54,303 nt of DNA from an uncultured Gammaproteobacteria bacterium. Its GTDB lineage: Bacteria > Patescibacteriota > Patescibacteriia > Veblenbacterales > UBA10138. The stretch is taken from NCBI GenBank assembly GCA_964453605.1, contig CAYVOI010000002.1, positions 1 through 54,303 of the forward strand, read 5' to 3'. A model generated the notes under the pieces. That model worked only from the letters and a program-made list of their open reading frames with translations. It was not told where the DNA came from and did not search any database. The translations under genes and the position numbers were made by a program. This document shows, piece by piece, positions 8,568 to 16,082 of this stretch (position 1 is the first letter of the stretch; the number at the start of each line of letters is the position of its first letter).

Positions 8568-8590
8568 GGGGCCGCCGTTCGACAAGCCCC
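8568..8590 (-). repeat. Hairpin GGGGCTTGTCGAACGGCGGCCCC, copy 2 of 2
   Basis: Differs from 6270-6292 at one position and sits in the same position relative to a trmD-head fragment. Confidence 0.85.
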
Positions 8591-8600
8591 TCACCACAAA

Positions 8601-8978
8601 TTACTTTGGGTACCATCTATTGTGCGCCTCCAGAATCGCTTTTTCGTCCCAATGCCCAAATAACCAATTTTGTGCCAGCATTATACCCAACACAGTTACC
8701 GGTAAGTCCGAGCCGATTATAGCTATTGGTAAAACTCCCCAGTAAAGGCTCAAGTCCACGATGTGCAAGCCCAGCATTATCGCTACTCCAATCAACGCTG
8801 ACCAGAAAAACGCAAAAGTAAGTAGTGAAGGGCTACGACGGTGACCCCAAATGATAATGGCTGCGGCGAGATCGTTATTTTTTAATGCTTTAGAGCGAAA
8901 CAACCAGAGCTGGAGCCTAAATGCTATGGGTATCAAAACAACGGTGGTCACAATAGGTAAAACTATCGTTATGTTCAT
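8601..8978 (-). CDS. Hypothetical 125-aa integral membrane protein
   Basis: About four hydrophobic segments, an AAGGAG SD 5 nt upstream, and its own TTGACA-type promoter after the KH terminator. Confidence 0.65.
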   Translation of the reverse strand: MNITIVLPIVTTVVLIPIAFRLQLWLFRSKALKNNDLAAAIIIWGHRRSPSLLTFAFFWSALIGVAIMLGLHIVDLSLYWGVLPIAIIGSDLPVTVLGIMLAQNWLFGHWDEKAILEAHNRWYPK

Positions 8979-9086
8979 AACTTCTCCTTATTATTGAAAT
9001 TGGAAGGAATATAGTGTTAGATAATTGATTCTTTTTTTACCTCTACTGAAAAAGTTACTCCTAATATACCTCAGTGTCAACACAAA

Positions 9087-9113
9087 ATCACCCCGCCACC
9101 TCGGCGGGGTGAT
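9087..9113 (-). terminator. Terminator after the KH-protein gene
   Basis: On the minus strand, AATCACCCCGCC-GAGG-GGCGGGGTGATT is followed by TTGTGTT. Confidence 0.65.
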
Positions 9114-9126
9114 TATACAATCGAGC

Positions 9127-9486
9127 TTAAATCTTCAGGTCGTCGACTATAGCGGTGTCGGCCATGGAGGCGCCCATGTCGCCACCGTGCATAGCTTCGC
9201 GCTCTTCGCGGGAGCGGCGTGGGCCACGCGAACCCTCGGGTTCGTAAATTTTCAGGTTTACACGGGCGTTGTTCTTGGCGCCTACTACCCTGAGCAGGGT
9301 ACGAAGGCTGCGGGCAGTTTGGCCCTGGCGGCCGATTATCTGGCCCATGTCTTCAGGAGACACGTGGAGCGTAATGAGCACGCCCATTTCGTCTACCGTG
9401 CGTTCGGTCTTCACGGCTTCCGGGTGATCGACCAGCGCCTTTACGACGAAGTCGATGAACTGCTGGTCCTGTGGCATGTCGGACAT
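9127..9486 (-). CDS. KH-domain RNA-binding protein (YlqC/KhpA-like) with a charged C-terminal tail
   Basis: Contains the GQIIGRQGQTARSLRTLL (GXXG KH) motif. It lies directly downstream of rpsP, as in the conserved operon. Confidence 0.85.
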   Translation of the reverse strand: MSDMPQDQQFIDFVVKALVDHPEAVKTERTVDEMGVLITLHVSPEDMGQIIGRQGQTARSLRTLLRVVGAKNNARVNLKIYEPEGSRGPRRSREEREAMHGGDMGASMADTAIVDDLKI

Positions 9487-9529
9487 GTGTGTGCAAGTTA
9501 GGGTTAAAAGTACAACTAAATAACTTAAG

Positions 9530-9904
9530 TCAAGCTGCTGGCGCCTGGTCGGAAGATTCAGCGGACGCCTTGGCGGGAGCCTCTTCCTTCTTGGTGGCTG
9601 GTGCAGCTGCCGGAGCCTCAGTTGCGTCTTTCTTCTTGGCCTTCCACACGCGGAGCTTTTCAGCCTTAATCAGCTTTTGGTCTACCAAAAGGTTATGAAC
9701 CGAGGCGCTGGTTTGCGCGCCGTGGTCCAGCCAATGCTTCACGCGGTCAGCCTTAAGCACCACCTCCCACGGGTTCTTGTGGGGGTTCACGTGCCCCAAC
9801 AGCTCAAGGTAGTCGCCGTGGGTGTCTTTAGTTTTCTCAGAAACTATCAGGCGGAAGTACGCGTGCTTTTTCTTGCCGGTACGTGCCAGGCGGATGGTCA
9901 ACAT
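9530..9904 (-). CDS. rpsP: 30S ribosomal protein S16 with an Ala/Lys/Glu-rich C-terminal extension
   Basis: MLTIRLARTGKKKHAYFRLIV... is a canonical bS16 N-terminus. Confidence 0.93.
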   Translation of the reverse strand: MLTIRLARTGKKKHAYFRLIVSEKTKDTHGDYLELLGHVNPHKNPWEVVLKADRVKHWLDHGAQTSASVHNLLVDQKLIKAEKLRVWKAKKKDATEAPAAAPATKKEEAPAKASAESSDQAPAA

Positions 9905-9937
9905 GGGCTTTCCGAACAGTTAATTCAAGTAAAAATA

Positions 9938-9966
9938 ATAGTAGCCAATTATCCCTAGGGTGTCAA
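9938..9966 (-). promoter_or_regulatory. Candidate rpsP promoter
   Basis: The minus strand has TTGACA (9961-9966), a 17-nt spacer and TACTAT (9938-9943). Confidence 0.5.
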
Positions 9967-9975
9967 GCCTCTGGC

Positions 9976-12585
9976 TCAGGCCTTCTTAGCTGACCGCGAT
10001 TTGCCGGCTATATCATTCGCCTCGTCAAACTTCACGGAGAGAAGCCTCGAAACGCCGTCTTCACCGATGGTAACACCATAGAGAATAGCAGCACGTTTCA
10101 TGGTAGCGCGGTTGTGGGTGATGGTGATGAACTGCGTTTCGCCCATTAGGGAATCTAAGATGGCGGCAAACCGCTCACTGTTCGCTTCATCGAGTGCGGC
10201 GTCTACCTCGTCCAAAACTACAAAGGGCGAAGGGTTGTTGGAGATGATAGCGCAGATGAGCGCAATGGAGGTCAGCGCCCGCTCCCCGCCCGACAGCGCG
10301 GTTATGCTCTCTAGTTTCTTGCCCGCTGGTTTCGCGCTTATTTCCACACCCGAAAACAAGGATGCCCGGAGCCGCTCTTGAGCGATAAACTTTTCTTTGG
10401 CGCTTGGTACAGCTGCCTCGTCCGCTTCATCATCATCCTCGCCCCCCTCACCAAGTTCGGGCTCAGCTTCGGCTTTAGGTTCTTCCTTCTGCAGCACCAG
10501 CTGAGCACGGCCGCCTGAGAACAGCACCTGGAAGTACTTTGCGAACTTTTCGTTGATAGCTTTAAAGCTCACCAAAAACTTTTTCTCAATGGTTTGGTCC
10601 AAGTCGCGGATAATGCTCTCTAATGAAGCAATGGCGGTCTCAAGGTCGGCAAGTTGTGTGGTCAGAAAGTCGTAGCGGGTTTTGGTCTGCTGGTACTCGG
10701 TTACAACTTCGGGCTCTATGCCGCCCGTAAGCTCCAGCTGGTGCTTGAGCTTCTGAAGCTCGAGAGCAGTTGTGCCTTCATCGATATTCGCTACCGTTCC
10801 GGGCTCTTTAATTTCGTGTGCCAGCTCAGCTGGAATTTCTTGTGCCATTTCGCGCTCTAGGTCCTCAAGTTTAGTTTCTAATCTCGTGAGCTCTAGGCTC
10901 AGCTCATGCGTAACCTGCTCCAGCCTGCGTTCAGCAGTGGTGGCAGCTGTGAGTTCACGTTGCACGCTAAAGAACTCAGCCTTACGGGTTTCAGATTTAC
11001 TATGGAACGCAGCTAACTCCTGTTCTACAGTGGCAAGCTCTTGCTCCACAACGGTTATGCTCTGTGCCATTTCCGGCAAACGCGAACTCGCCTTCCCTTG
11101 AGGCGCACTGCCCAGAGAGTGCTCTACCTTACTAATAGCATCAGCCACTGTCAGCTCTCGCTCCTGCACATTTGTGAGTTCACGTTCCAAAGTTTTAGCG
11201 TTCGCCTGCAAAGCTGCCAGTTCCCCCACCAAAGCATCGCGCGCCGCGAGTGACTGGCTAAGCTCGTCGGCCGAAAGCTTGCCCTTGCGCTCTAAACGCT
11301 TCAGGAGGGCGCGCAGGCGCTCTTCCACTGCGCTCACGCGTTGCACGAGTATGTTCACCTCCGACAAATTTTTGAGAGCAGCGAGCGCCTGCCTAAGGTC
11401 AGCGTGCTCCTCTGCTAGCGCCGCCACTTCCTGAGCAACCCAAGCCTCACCACTCTGGTTCGCCAAACGGTCAAACTCTGCTACCGCCTCAGCCTGGACT
11501 TTTACTTTCCGCTCAAGCTCTTGGGCCTCTGCCTGCTGCTGCCGTTCCAGAGCCACACTGCGCTCACTAAGCTGCTTAAGCTCGGTTTTAAGTTCTGCCA
11601 AACGCTGCTTCAGCCAGGCCACCTCACCCTCACCGCGCTTCAGGTGTCCAACCTGTTCCTCAGCCTCCGCTACGGCCTGCTCTTTAAGAAGTTGGCTCAA
11701 TTTGCCGCGGAGTGCTGTTTGCTTACCTTGGAGCTCGTGCCAACCGCCCGCCGAGCTGTCGGCGCCCTCCAGCGCTTTGAGCTTCGCTTCCAAACCCCGG
11801 GCTGCCTTAGCTTGTTCGCTGAGGTCAGCCTGCTCGTCGGCAACTTTCGCAGCCAGCTCCCGGCGTTTACCCTCTAGCCCGTGGTAGCGGTAGCGGTAGT
11901 ACTGCTTCTGCAACTCCCGAAGTTCCTTCTCTAGCTCTTCACGGCGCTCCAGGCGCTTCACCGACCGAGTTAAGGCCCGAAGCCGTGGCTCGATTTCTTG
12001 AATGAGCGCCTGAGCCTGCTCCAGGTTGTCGTAGGTGGCAGTCAGCTTCCCTATAGCCTGCTCGCGCTTTAGCTGGTACTGCTTTACACCCGTGGCCTCT
12101 TCAAAAAACTCTTTGCGCTCGGCGGGGCTCGCTAGCAAAATCGAATCTATCATGCCTTGGCCAATGACGCTGTAGGTTTTTTGACCAAAGTTTGAACGCG
12201 CCAACAAGAGCTGAATGTCCTGGAGCCTGACAGGCGACTGGTTTAGCAAGTACTCGCTCTGCCCATCCCTAAACACCCGGCGCGTGATCACAATTTCGGC
12301 GAACTCTATCGGGGCCTGGCCATCCTCATTGTTGAGGTAGAGCGACACCTCCGCCATGCCGAGGCGACTCTTAAGATCGCTCCCAGCAAAAATAACGTCC
12401 TCGGCCCGTTTGCCACGCAGGAGCTTTATGGACTGTTCACCCAAAACCCACCGAATAGCATCAGCAATGTTGCTCTTGCCTGAACCATTAGGCCCAACCA
12501 CCGCCGTCAGCTGGCGGTTGAACTCGAGCCTGGTTTTGGTGGCAAACGACTTAAAGCCTTGAATGTCGAGCTTCTGGAGGTACAT
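9976..12585 (-). CDS. smc: SMC-family chromosome segregation ATPase, short form (869 aa)
   Basis: N-terminal Walker A (GPNGSGKSNIADAIRWVLGEQS). C-terminal signature and Walker B (LSGGERALTSIAL...VLDEVDAALD). The middle is a long coiled-coil. Confidence 0.88.
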   Translation of the reverse strand: MYLQKLDIQGFKSFATKTRLEFNRQLTAVVGPNGSGKSNIADAIRWVLGEQSIKLLRGKRAEDVIFAGSDLKSRLGMAEVSLYLNNEDGQAPIEFAEIVITRRVFRDGQSEYLLNQSPVRLQDIQLLLARSNFGQKTYSVIGQGMIDSILLASPAERKEFFEEATGVKQYQLKREQAIGKLTATYDNLEQAQALIQEIEPRLRALTRSVKRLERREELEKELRELQKQYYRYRYHGLEGKRRELAAKVADEQADLSEQAKAARGLEAKLKALEGADSSAGGWHELQGKQTALRGKLSQLLKEQAVAEAEEQVGHLKRGEGEVAWLKQRLAELKTELKQLSERSVALERQQQAEAQELERKVKVQAEAVAEFDRLANQSGEAWVAQEVAALAEEHADLRQALAALKNLSEVNILVQRVSAVEERLRALLKRLERKGKLSADELSQSLAARDALVGELAALQANAKTLERELTNVQERELTVADAISKVEHSLGSAPQGKASSRLPEMAQSITVVEQELATVEQELAAFHSKSETRKAEFFSVQRELTAATTAERRLEQVTHELSLELTRLETKLEDLEREMAQEIPAELAHEIKEPGTVANIDEGTTALELQKLKHQLELTGGIEPEVVTEYQQTKTRYDFLTTQLADLETAIASLESIIRDLDQTIEKKFLVSFKAINEKFAKYFQVLFSGGRAQLVLQKEEPKAEAEPELGEGGEDDDEADEAAVPSAKEKFIAQERLRASLFSGVEISAKPAGKKLESITALSGGERALTSIALICAIISNNPSPFVVLDEVDAALDEANSERFAAILDSLMGETQFITITHNRATMKRAAILYGVTIGEDGVSRLLSVKFDEANDIAGKSRSAKKA

Positions 12586-12627
12586 GAGGGCGAGGGCAAG
12601 TGTGGTAGAGCTAGTCGGGACGTAGCT

Positions 12628-12656
12628 ATTGTACTAAAAAAAAGTAATAACGCCAA
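12628..12656 (-). promoter_or_regulatory. Candidate smc promoter
   Basis: The minus strand has TTGGCG (12651-12656), a 17-nt spacer and TACAAT (12628-12633). It overlaps the upstream terminator. Confidence 0.45.
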
Positions 12657-12672
12657 CGTCGTTCCGTTGGCG
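12636..12672 (-). terminator. Intrinsic terminator of the 66-aa ORF
   Basis: On the minus strand, CGCCAACG-6nt-CGTTGGCG is followed (after TTATTAC) by T8. Confidence 0.8.
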
Positions 12673-12693
12673 CTATTCAATAACTCTGGTACG

Positions 12694-12894
12694 TTACGGC
12701 GGGGGCTTGGCGGGGCTGTTCCGATGATCATTGCAACGTTCAGTCACAACTGGTTGGTAAGGCCCGCGCACCAAGCCCACTTCCCAGGTACCATCAACTT
12801 TGGCTTGGGGACACCCCAGTACCGGACACTTCCAGAATATTTTTGCACTTGCTGATGTAATGATGTTGTTTGTGCTACTGTTTTTTTCAGGCAT
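12694..12894 (-). CDS. Hypothetical 66-aa protein with three Cys (CPVLGCP...C)
   Basis: GAGG SD 5 nt upstream of the ATG, a dedicated strong terminator, and position between the rnc terminator and the smc promoter. Confidence 0.45.
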   Translation of the reverse strand: MPEKNSSTNNIITSASAKIFWKCPVLGCPQAKVDGTWEVGLVRGPYQPVVTERCNDHRNSPAKPPP

Positions 12895-12932
12895 GAGTAC
12901 CTCGCATAGTTGGTGTTGGTATTACATAGTTT

Positions 12933-12957
12933 GAAAAAACCCAACCTGCGGGGTTGG
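12933..12957 (-). terminator. Terminator of rnc
   Basis: On the minus strand, CCAACC-5nt-GGTTGG is followed by a T-run (GTTTTTTC). Confidence 0.65.
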
Positions 12958-12990
12958 ATCCGATTTACGAATCTTTGTAGTAATAGTGAA

Positions 12991-13686
12991 CTAGCCGTTC
13001 CATTGCTTAACCTTTAATCCAGCCACAGCGGCAGCGACCTGCGCCTCTTGCTTAGAAGAGCCTGTGCCCTCAGCTACCAACTCTTCCCCCAGGTACAACC
13101 CCACCCTGAACTCCTTAGCATGGTCAGGGCCGTGCTCATCGAGCACCAAGTAGGTAGGGGTAACACCATGCTTTTCCTGTGCCAGCTCTTGGAAGCGGCT
13201 CTTGGGGTCGAGGTACCTTTTCTCCGCCAAAACACCCGGAAGCTCCACCAGTACGTGCTGGTGCACAAACGTACTGGCCGACGGTAACCCACCATCAAGG
13301 TACACTGCGCCGATCACGGCCTCAATGGCGTTGGCTAGAATGTACTGCCTTGCTTTGCTGCCAGCGTCCTTGGACTCGCCGCGCGATAGGTACAAAAAAT
13401 CCTCTAACCCTAAGCGACTCGCAATGCCAGAGAGCATAATGGCGTTCACCAGCGCCGCGCGCCAGTTGGTGAGCTCACCCTCGGGGTTGGGGAACTTGCG
13501 GAAAAGGTAGTCGGTCACCACGAGCTCTAGTACAGCGTCACCCAAAAATTCCAGCCGCTCATTGTGGGGCAGAGCAAAACCCGGGTTTTCGTTGAGGTAC
13601 GAGCGGTGCACCAGAGCCTGCTTCAGCAGCTCTTGGTCTTTAAAACTGTAGCCAATGGTCTGTTCTAAAATGCCAAAGTCCTTCAT
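12991..13686 (-). CDS. rnc: Ribonuclease III
   Basis: Contains the NERLEFLGDAVLELVV signature and a C-terminal dsRBD. The start is set at the internal Met (13686) because the upstream extension overlaps nusB and looks non-protein-like. Confidence 0.9.
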   Translation of the reverse strand: MKDFGILEQTIGYSFKDQELLKQALVHRSYLNENPGFALPHNERLEFLGDAVLELVVTDYLFRKFPNPEGELTNWRAALVNAIMLSGIASRLGLEDFLYLSRGESKDAGSKARQYILANAIEAVIGAVYLDGGLPSASTFVHQHVLVELPGVLAEKRYLDPKSRFQELAQEKHGVTPTYLVLDEHGPDHAKEFRVGLYLGEELVAEGTGSSKQEAQVAAAVAGLKVKQWNG

Positions 13687-13690
13687 AACG

Positions 13691-14239
13691 TTATACCGTC
13701 GGCGACGTATCGGAAGATGGCTCAGCATCATTATCAGCATCTGGGGCCGGCGCGTTCTGCTCAAACACCTGTTTAAAGTCTTCAATCGGCACTGTGCCCT
13801 CGGCTTGCAGCTCTTTGTACAGGCTACCGAGCACGCCGTTCACAAATTTGCTCGAAGAGTCAGAACCAAATGTTTTCGCCAGCTCAATAGCCTCATTGAT
13901 GGCAACTTTAGGGGGAATTTCTTTGCCGTACTTAAGTTCATACACCTCAAGCCGCAAAATGTTGCGGTCTATACCCGGCACCTGCTCAAGCGGCCACTCG
14001 GGCGCTAGGCGCTGCACCAGTGTGTCTATTTCGCTGAGGTGTTTAACCACGCCCTTACTCAACCTTTCAGCAAAACCATCGTCAGCCGCTCCAGGGGCAA
14101 GCTCTGCCAAATTCTTTTGTACCAGCGTCCAGAAATCACCTTGCTTACCCAAAAAGTCCCACTCGAACAGCGACTGGAGCACAACGGTGCGGGCAAGGTG
14201 ACGGTTTGAGGACATGAGTAGAGTTTCAGAAAACCTCAC
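13691..14239 (-). CDS. nusB: Transcription antitermination factor NusB with an acidic C-terminal extension
   Basis: [11 protein letters not shown] and the [16 protein letters not shown]....FVNGVL motifs are present. The start codon is uncertain (GTG 14239 or ATG 14215). Confidence 0.8.
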   Translation of the reverse strand: MRFSETLLMSSNRHLARTVVLQSLFEWDFLGKQGDFWTLVQKNLAELAPGAADDGFAERLSKGVVKHLSEIDTLVQRLAPEWPLEQVPGIDRNILRLEVYELKYGKEIPPKVAINEAIELAKTFGSDSSSKFVNGVLGSLYKELQAEGTVPIEDFKQVFEQNAPAPDADNDAEPSSDTSPTV

Positions 14240-14270
14240 CCGGAATACCTAAGTGAGGTTGTCTAAAGTT

Positions 14271-14504
14271 TTAGGCCTTTTCCTCCTTGGGCTGAGCAGC
14301 CTTGGCACGAGCTTTGGCCGTCAGCTTGGACTTCACCGTAATAACCTGCCGGCCGCGGTAGTAACCGCAGTTCGGGCACACCTGGTGCGGCACCACCGGC
14401 TGCTTGCAGTGACTACAGACAGTAAGGTTAGAGGGCTTGAGCGCAAAGTGCGCGGCGCGACGGCGCTTGTGAGAGCTAGTTCTACGATGGCCAGGCAGAC
14501 CCAT
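14271..14504 (-). CDS. rpmF: 50S ribosomal protein L32
   Basis: MGLPGHRRTSSHKRRRAAHFALK...C.HC......H..CP.CG.Y is a canonical bL32. The start is the internal Met at 14504. Confidence 0.9.
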   Translation of the reverse strand: MGLPGHRRTSSHKRRRAAHFALKPSNLTVCSHCKQPVVPHQVCPNCGYYRGRQVITVKSKLTAKARAKAAQPKEEKA

Positions 14505-14612
14505 AGTTAAGTAGTTTAGAGCAATAAAGCTTAATTGAGTATAGCGGATTTTTAAATTTTGGCAAGCGCTAGCCCTAAACTGGCATTTGTTCCACCCACT
14601 GTTCCACAACCC

Positions 14613-14641
14613 TTGACATTTTGCCTGTTTAGGAGTATGTT
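14613..14641 (+). promoter_or_regulatory. Candidate promoter (CCTTGACATTTT type)
   Basis: TTGACA (14613-14618), a 17-nt spacer and TATGTT (14636-14641). Confidence 0.5.
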
Positions 14642-14647
14642 TAATAG

Positions 14648-14985
14648 TTCTTTAACAATAGCTGCTTCGTCAGCCACCCCGACGGTTATCGGGGTGAACG
14701 CGAAGCGCTCAACAGTCGTAAGTTGTCCCTACCACCCTGGGAGGCCCCGCAGGAGCACACTCGTGCCCTACGGGGTAAAGGAGAAAGGTAACTCGAGCTG
14801 CAGGCTGAGGTTGGTTTACTAACTGACCACTACCTGGGTGCCGAGCTATTCGGTACACTAGCCTTAGGGCATAAGGTGTGCCACGGGCTTTCGCTCGTGC
14901 TCCGACGTAACATCGGAGTAAAAGCCAAGCTTTTGTTCTCCTTCAGGGTAGTAGGGATAACAATAACAAAATAAAAGGTGATAAC
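14648..14985 (+). ncRNA. Unclassified structured RNA or long 5' leader (~340 nt)
   Basis: No credible ORF. It contains a chain of at least 7 hairpins (for example 14664-14706 nested, 14745-14775 nested, 14838-14856, 14861-14877, 14882-14899, 14900-14918, 14920-14934). Confidence 0.35.
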
Positions 14986-15345
14986 ATGGACATTCTTATA
15001 TCAATAATTTTGTGGGCTTCCTTCTTGTTTAGCCCAGTGCTGTGGGTTTTTCGGAAAGCCAAAGTTCAACTGGCGATGGCGTTCTTGACCAAAGCACAAA
15101 AACAGCTGCTCAGGGAACTCAATCAGTATCATAAAACATTTCGACAAGTCTACGGAGAGCTGTTAGAAGAAGATTGCGAGTACGTAGGCGCAAAATTTCG
15201 GCATGACATGTTGGGGAGCGCAGTGTTACAACGGCAAGTTGAGCAGGAGAGGGCAACTAAAGCGAAGATTAATACATTGATTCACCGATGCGAGGAGGTT
15301 GGAATATCAGGCTTTAGAATTCGAATGATTATAAAGCCGCAATAA
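14986..15345 (+). CDS. Hypothetical 119-aa protein: N-terminal TM helix plus a helical region
   Basis: AAAGGTGA SD, an ORF followed by a strong terminator, and an AT-richer region. Confidence 0.55.
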   Translation: MDILISIILWASFLFSPVLWVFRKAKVQLAMAFLTKAQKQLLRELNQYHKTFRQVYGELLEEDCEYVGAKFRHDMLGSAVLQRQVEQERATKAKINTLIHRCEEVGISGFRIRMIIKPQ

Positions 15346-15424
15346 TAAACAGATCCCATGGGCATAGGTAACATGATCATCGGGATTGGTGGAAAGATAT
15401 TCAAATGGGAGTAGCTTCGCAACA

Positions 15425-15458
15425 AGGGCTCGATCGATTGATCGAGCCCTGACTTTTT
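15425..15458 (+). terminator. Intrinsic terminator
   Basis: AGGGCTCGATC-GATT-GATCGAGCCCT followed by GACTTTTT. Confidence 0.8.
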
Positions 15459-15582
15459 ATACACATGATTAAACTACACAAAGTCACCCGCCTATGCTGC
15501 AGCTTCAGCCAGCAGGAGCTCACTAAACAAAGGCTATGGAAGTAGCCTGGCCATTCTCCTAGAACCACATAACGCGCACGCC

Positions 15583-15611
15583 TTGACATTTTAGCGGCTT
15601 TGACCTATACC
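15583..15611 (+). promoter_or_regulatory. Candidate promoter (CCTTGACATTTT type, twin of 14613)
   Basis: TTGACA (15583-15588), a 17-nt spacer and TATACC (15606-15611). The 12-nt CCTTGACATTTT is identical to 14611-14622. Confidence 0.4.
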
Positions 15612-15675
15612 TATGCTTAACAACTCTTTAAAAATCCAGTGATTAACTAATAAAAAATTAAAGGAGAAAATCACG

Positions 15676-16023
15676 ATGAAAAGTATGGTAGTTCCAAGAA
15701 CGGTCCTCGATTTGGTTCAGCGCCAGGCAGAAGAATTAGATCGGCTTCGTAAAAATATAGGAAATTATCATCTTGCTGAGTTTGAAATGCATAAAGAGTA
15801 TGCGGCAACTCTGCAGCGTGCAATGGATGTAGGAATGGAAAAATTGGATATTAAACCATACATCCTGAAAATCATGGGCCCCAACCCAAAAGATCATTCT
15901 GTGGCTGAACAGGTTAACACAACCTTCGAGGCATTAAAGAAAAACCTCAAGGAGGTTGAAGATCTTCATTTACTGACCTGTCAAGAGATTGCGCTTGGTT
16001 CACTCCTCGTAGATGATGAATAG
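15676..16023 (+). CDS. Hypothetical 115-aa helical protein
   Basis: AAAGGAG SD 7 nt upstream and a terminator downstream. No motif recognised. Confidence 0.55.
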   Translation: MKSMVVPRTVLDLVQRQAEELDRLRKNIGNYHLAEFEMHKEYAATLQRAMDVGMEKLDIKPYILKIMGPNPKDHSVAEQVNTTFEALKKNLKEVEDLHLLTCQEIALGSLLVDDE

Positions 16024-16037
16024 ATTTAAAAGAACTA

Positions 16038-16067
16038 ACCCATCACACTGATATCGATGGGTTTTTT
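16038..16067. terminator. Hairpin/T-run terminator shared by convergent genes
   Basis: ACCCATC-11nt-GATGGGT followed by TTTTTC on the plus strand, immediately before the gyrA stop. Confidence 0.65.
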
Positions 16068-16082
16068 CTTTATGTGAACAGT

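Noticed and set aside
12559-12944. Other ORF-track entries in the rnc-smc spacer (12559..12855 +, 12744..12944 -, 12507..12731 -)
   Set aside because: They lack an SD and span terminators or promoters. Only the 12694..12894 minus-strand frame has coherent start, SD and terminator signals.
13687-13785. N-terminal 33-aa extension of the rnc ORF. Similar upstream extensions occur for trmD 4616..4657, rpmF 14505..14609, hup 32031..32135, rbfA 37841..37882 and pilB 25517..25558.
   Set aside because: The extensions overlap neighbouring genes or lack protein-like composition. The conserved N-termini begin at the internal Met codons, several of which have good SDs.
14642-14985. RNase P RNA, tmRNA, SRP RNA, 6S RNA, and TPP or cobalamin riboswitch as identities for the structured region
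   Set aside because: I could not find the diagnostic motifs of any of these. There is no GAGGAAAGUCC / ACAGAA..CGGCUUA P4 strand, no tRNA-like CCA end, and no GGAA-tetraloop SRP domain IV motif. There is no end-to-end 6S-type rod, no CUGAGA..ACCUGA, and no B12 box. This is by eye only and needs cmscan.
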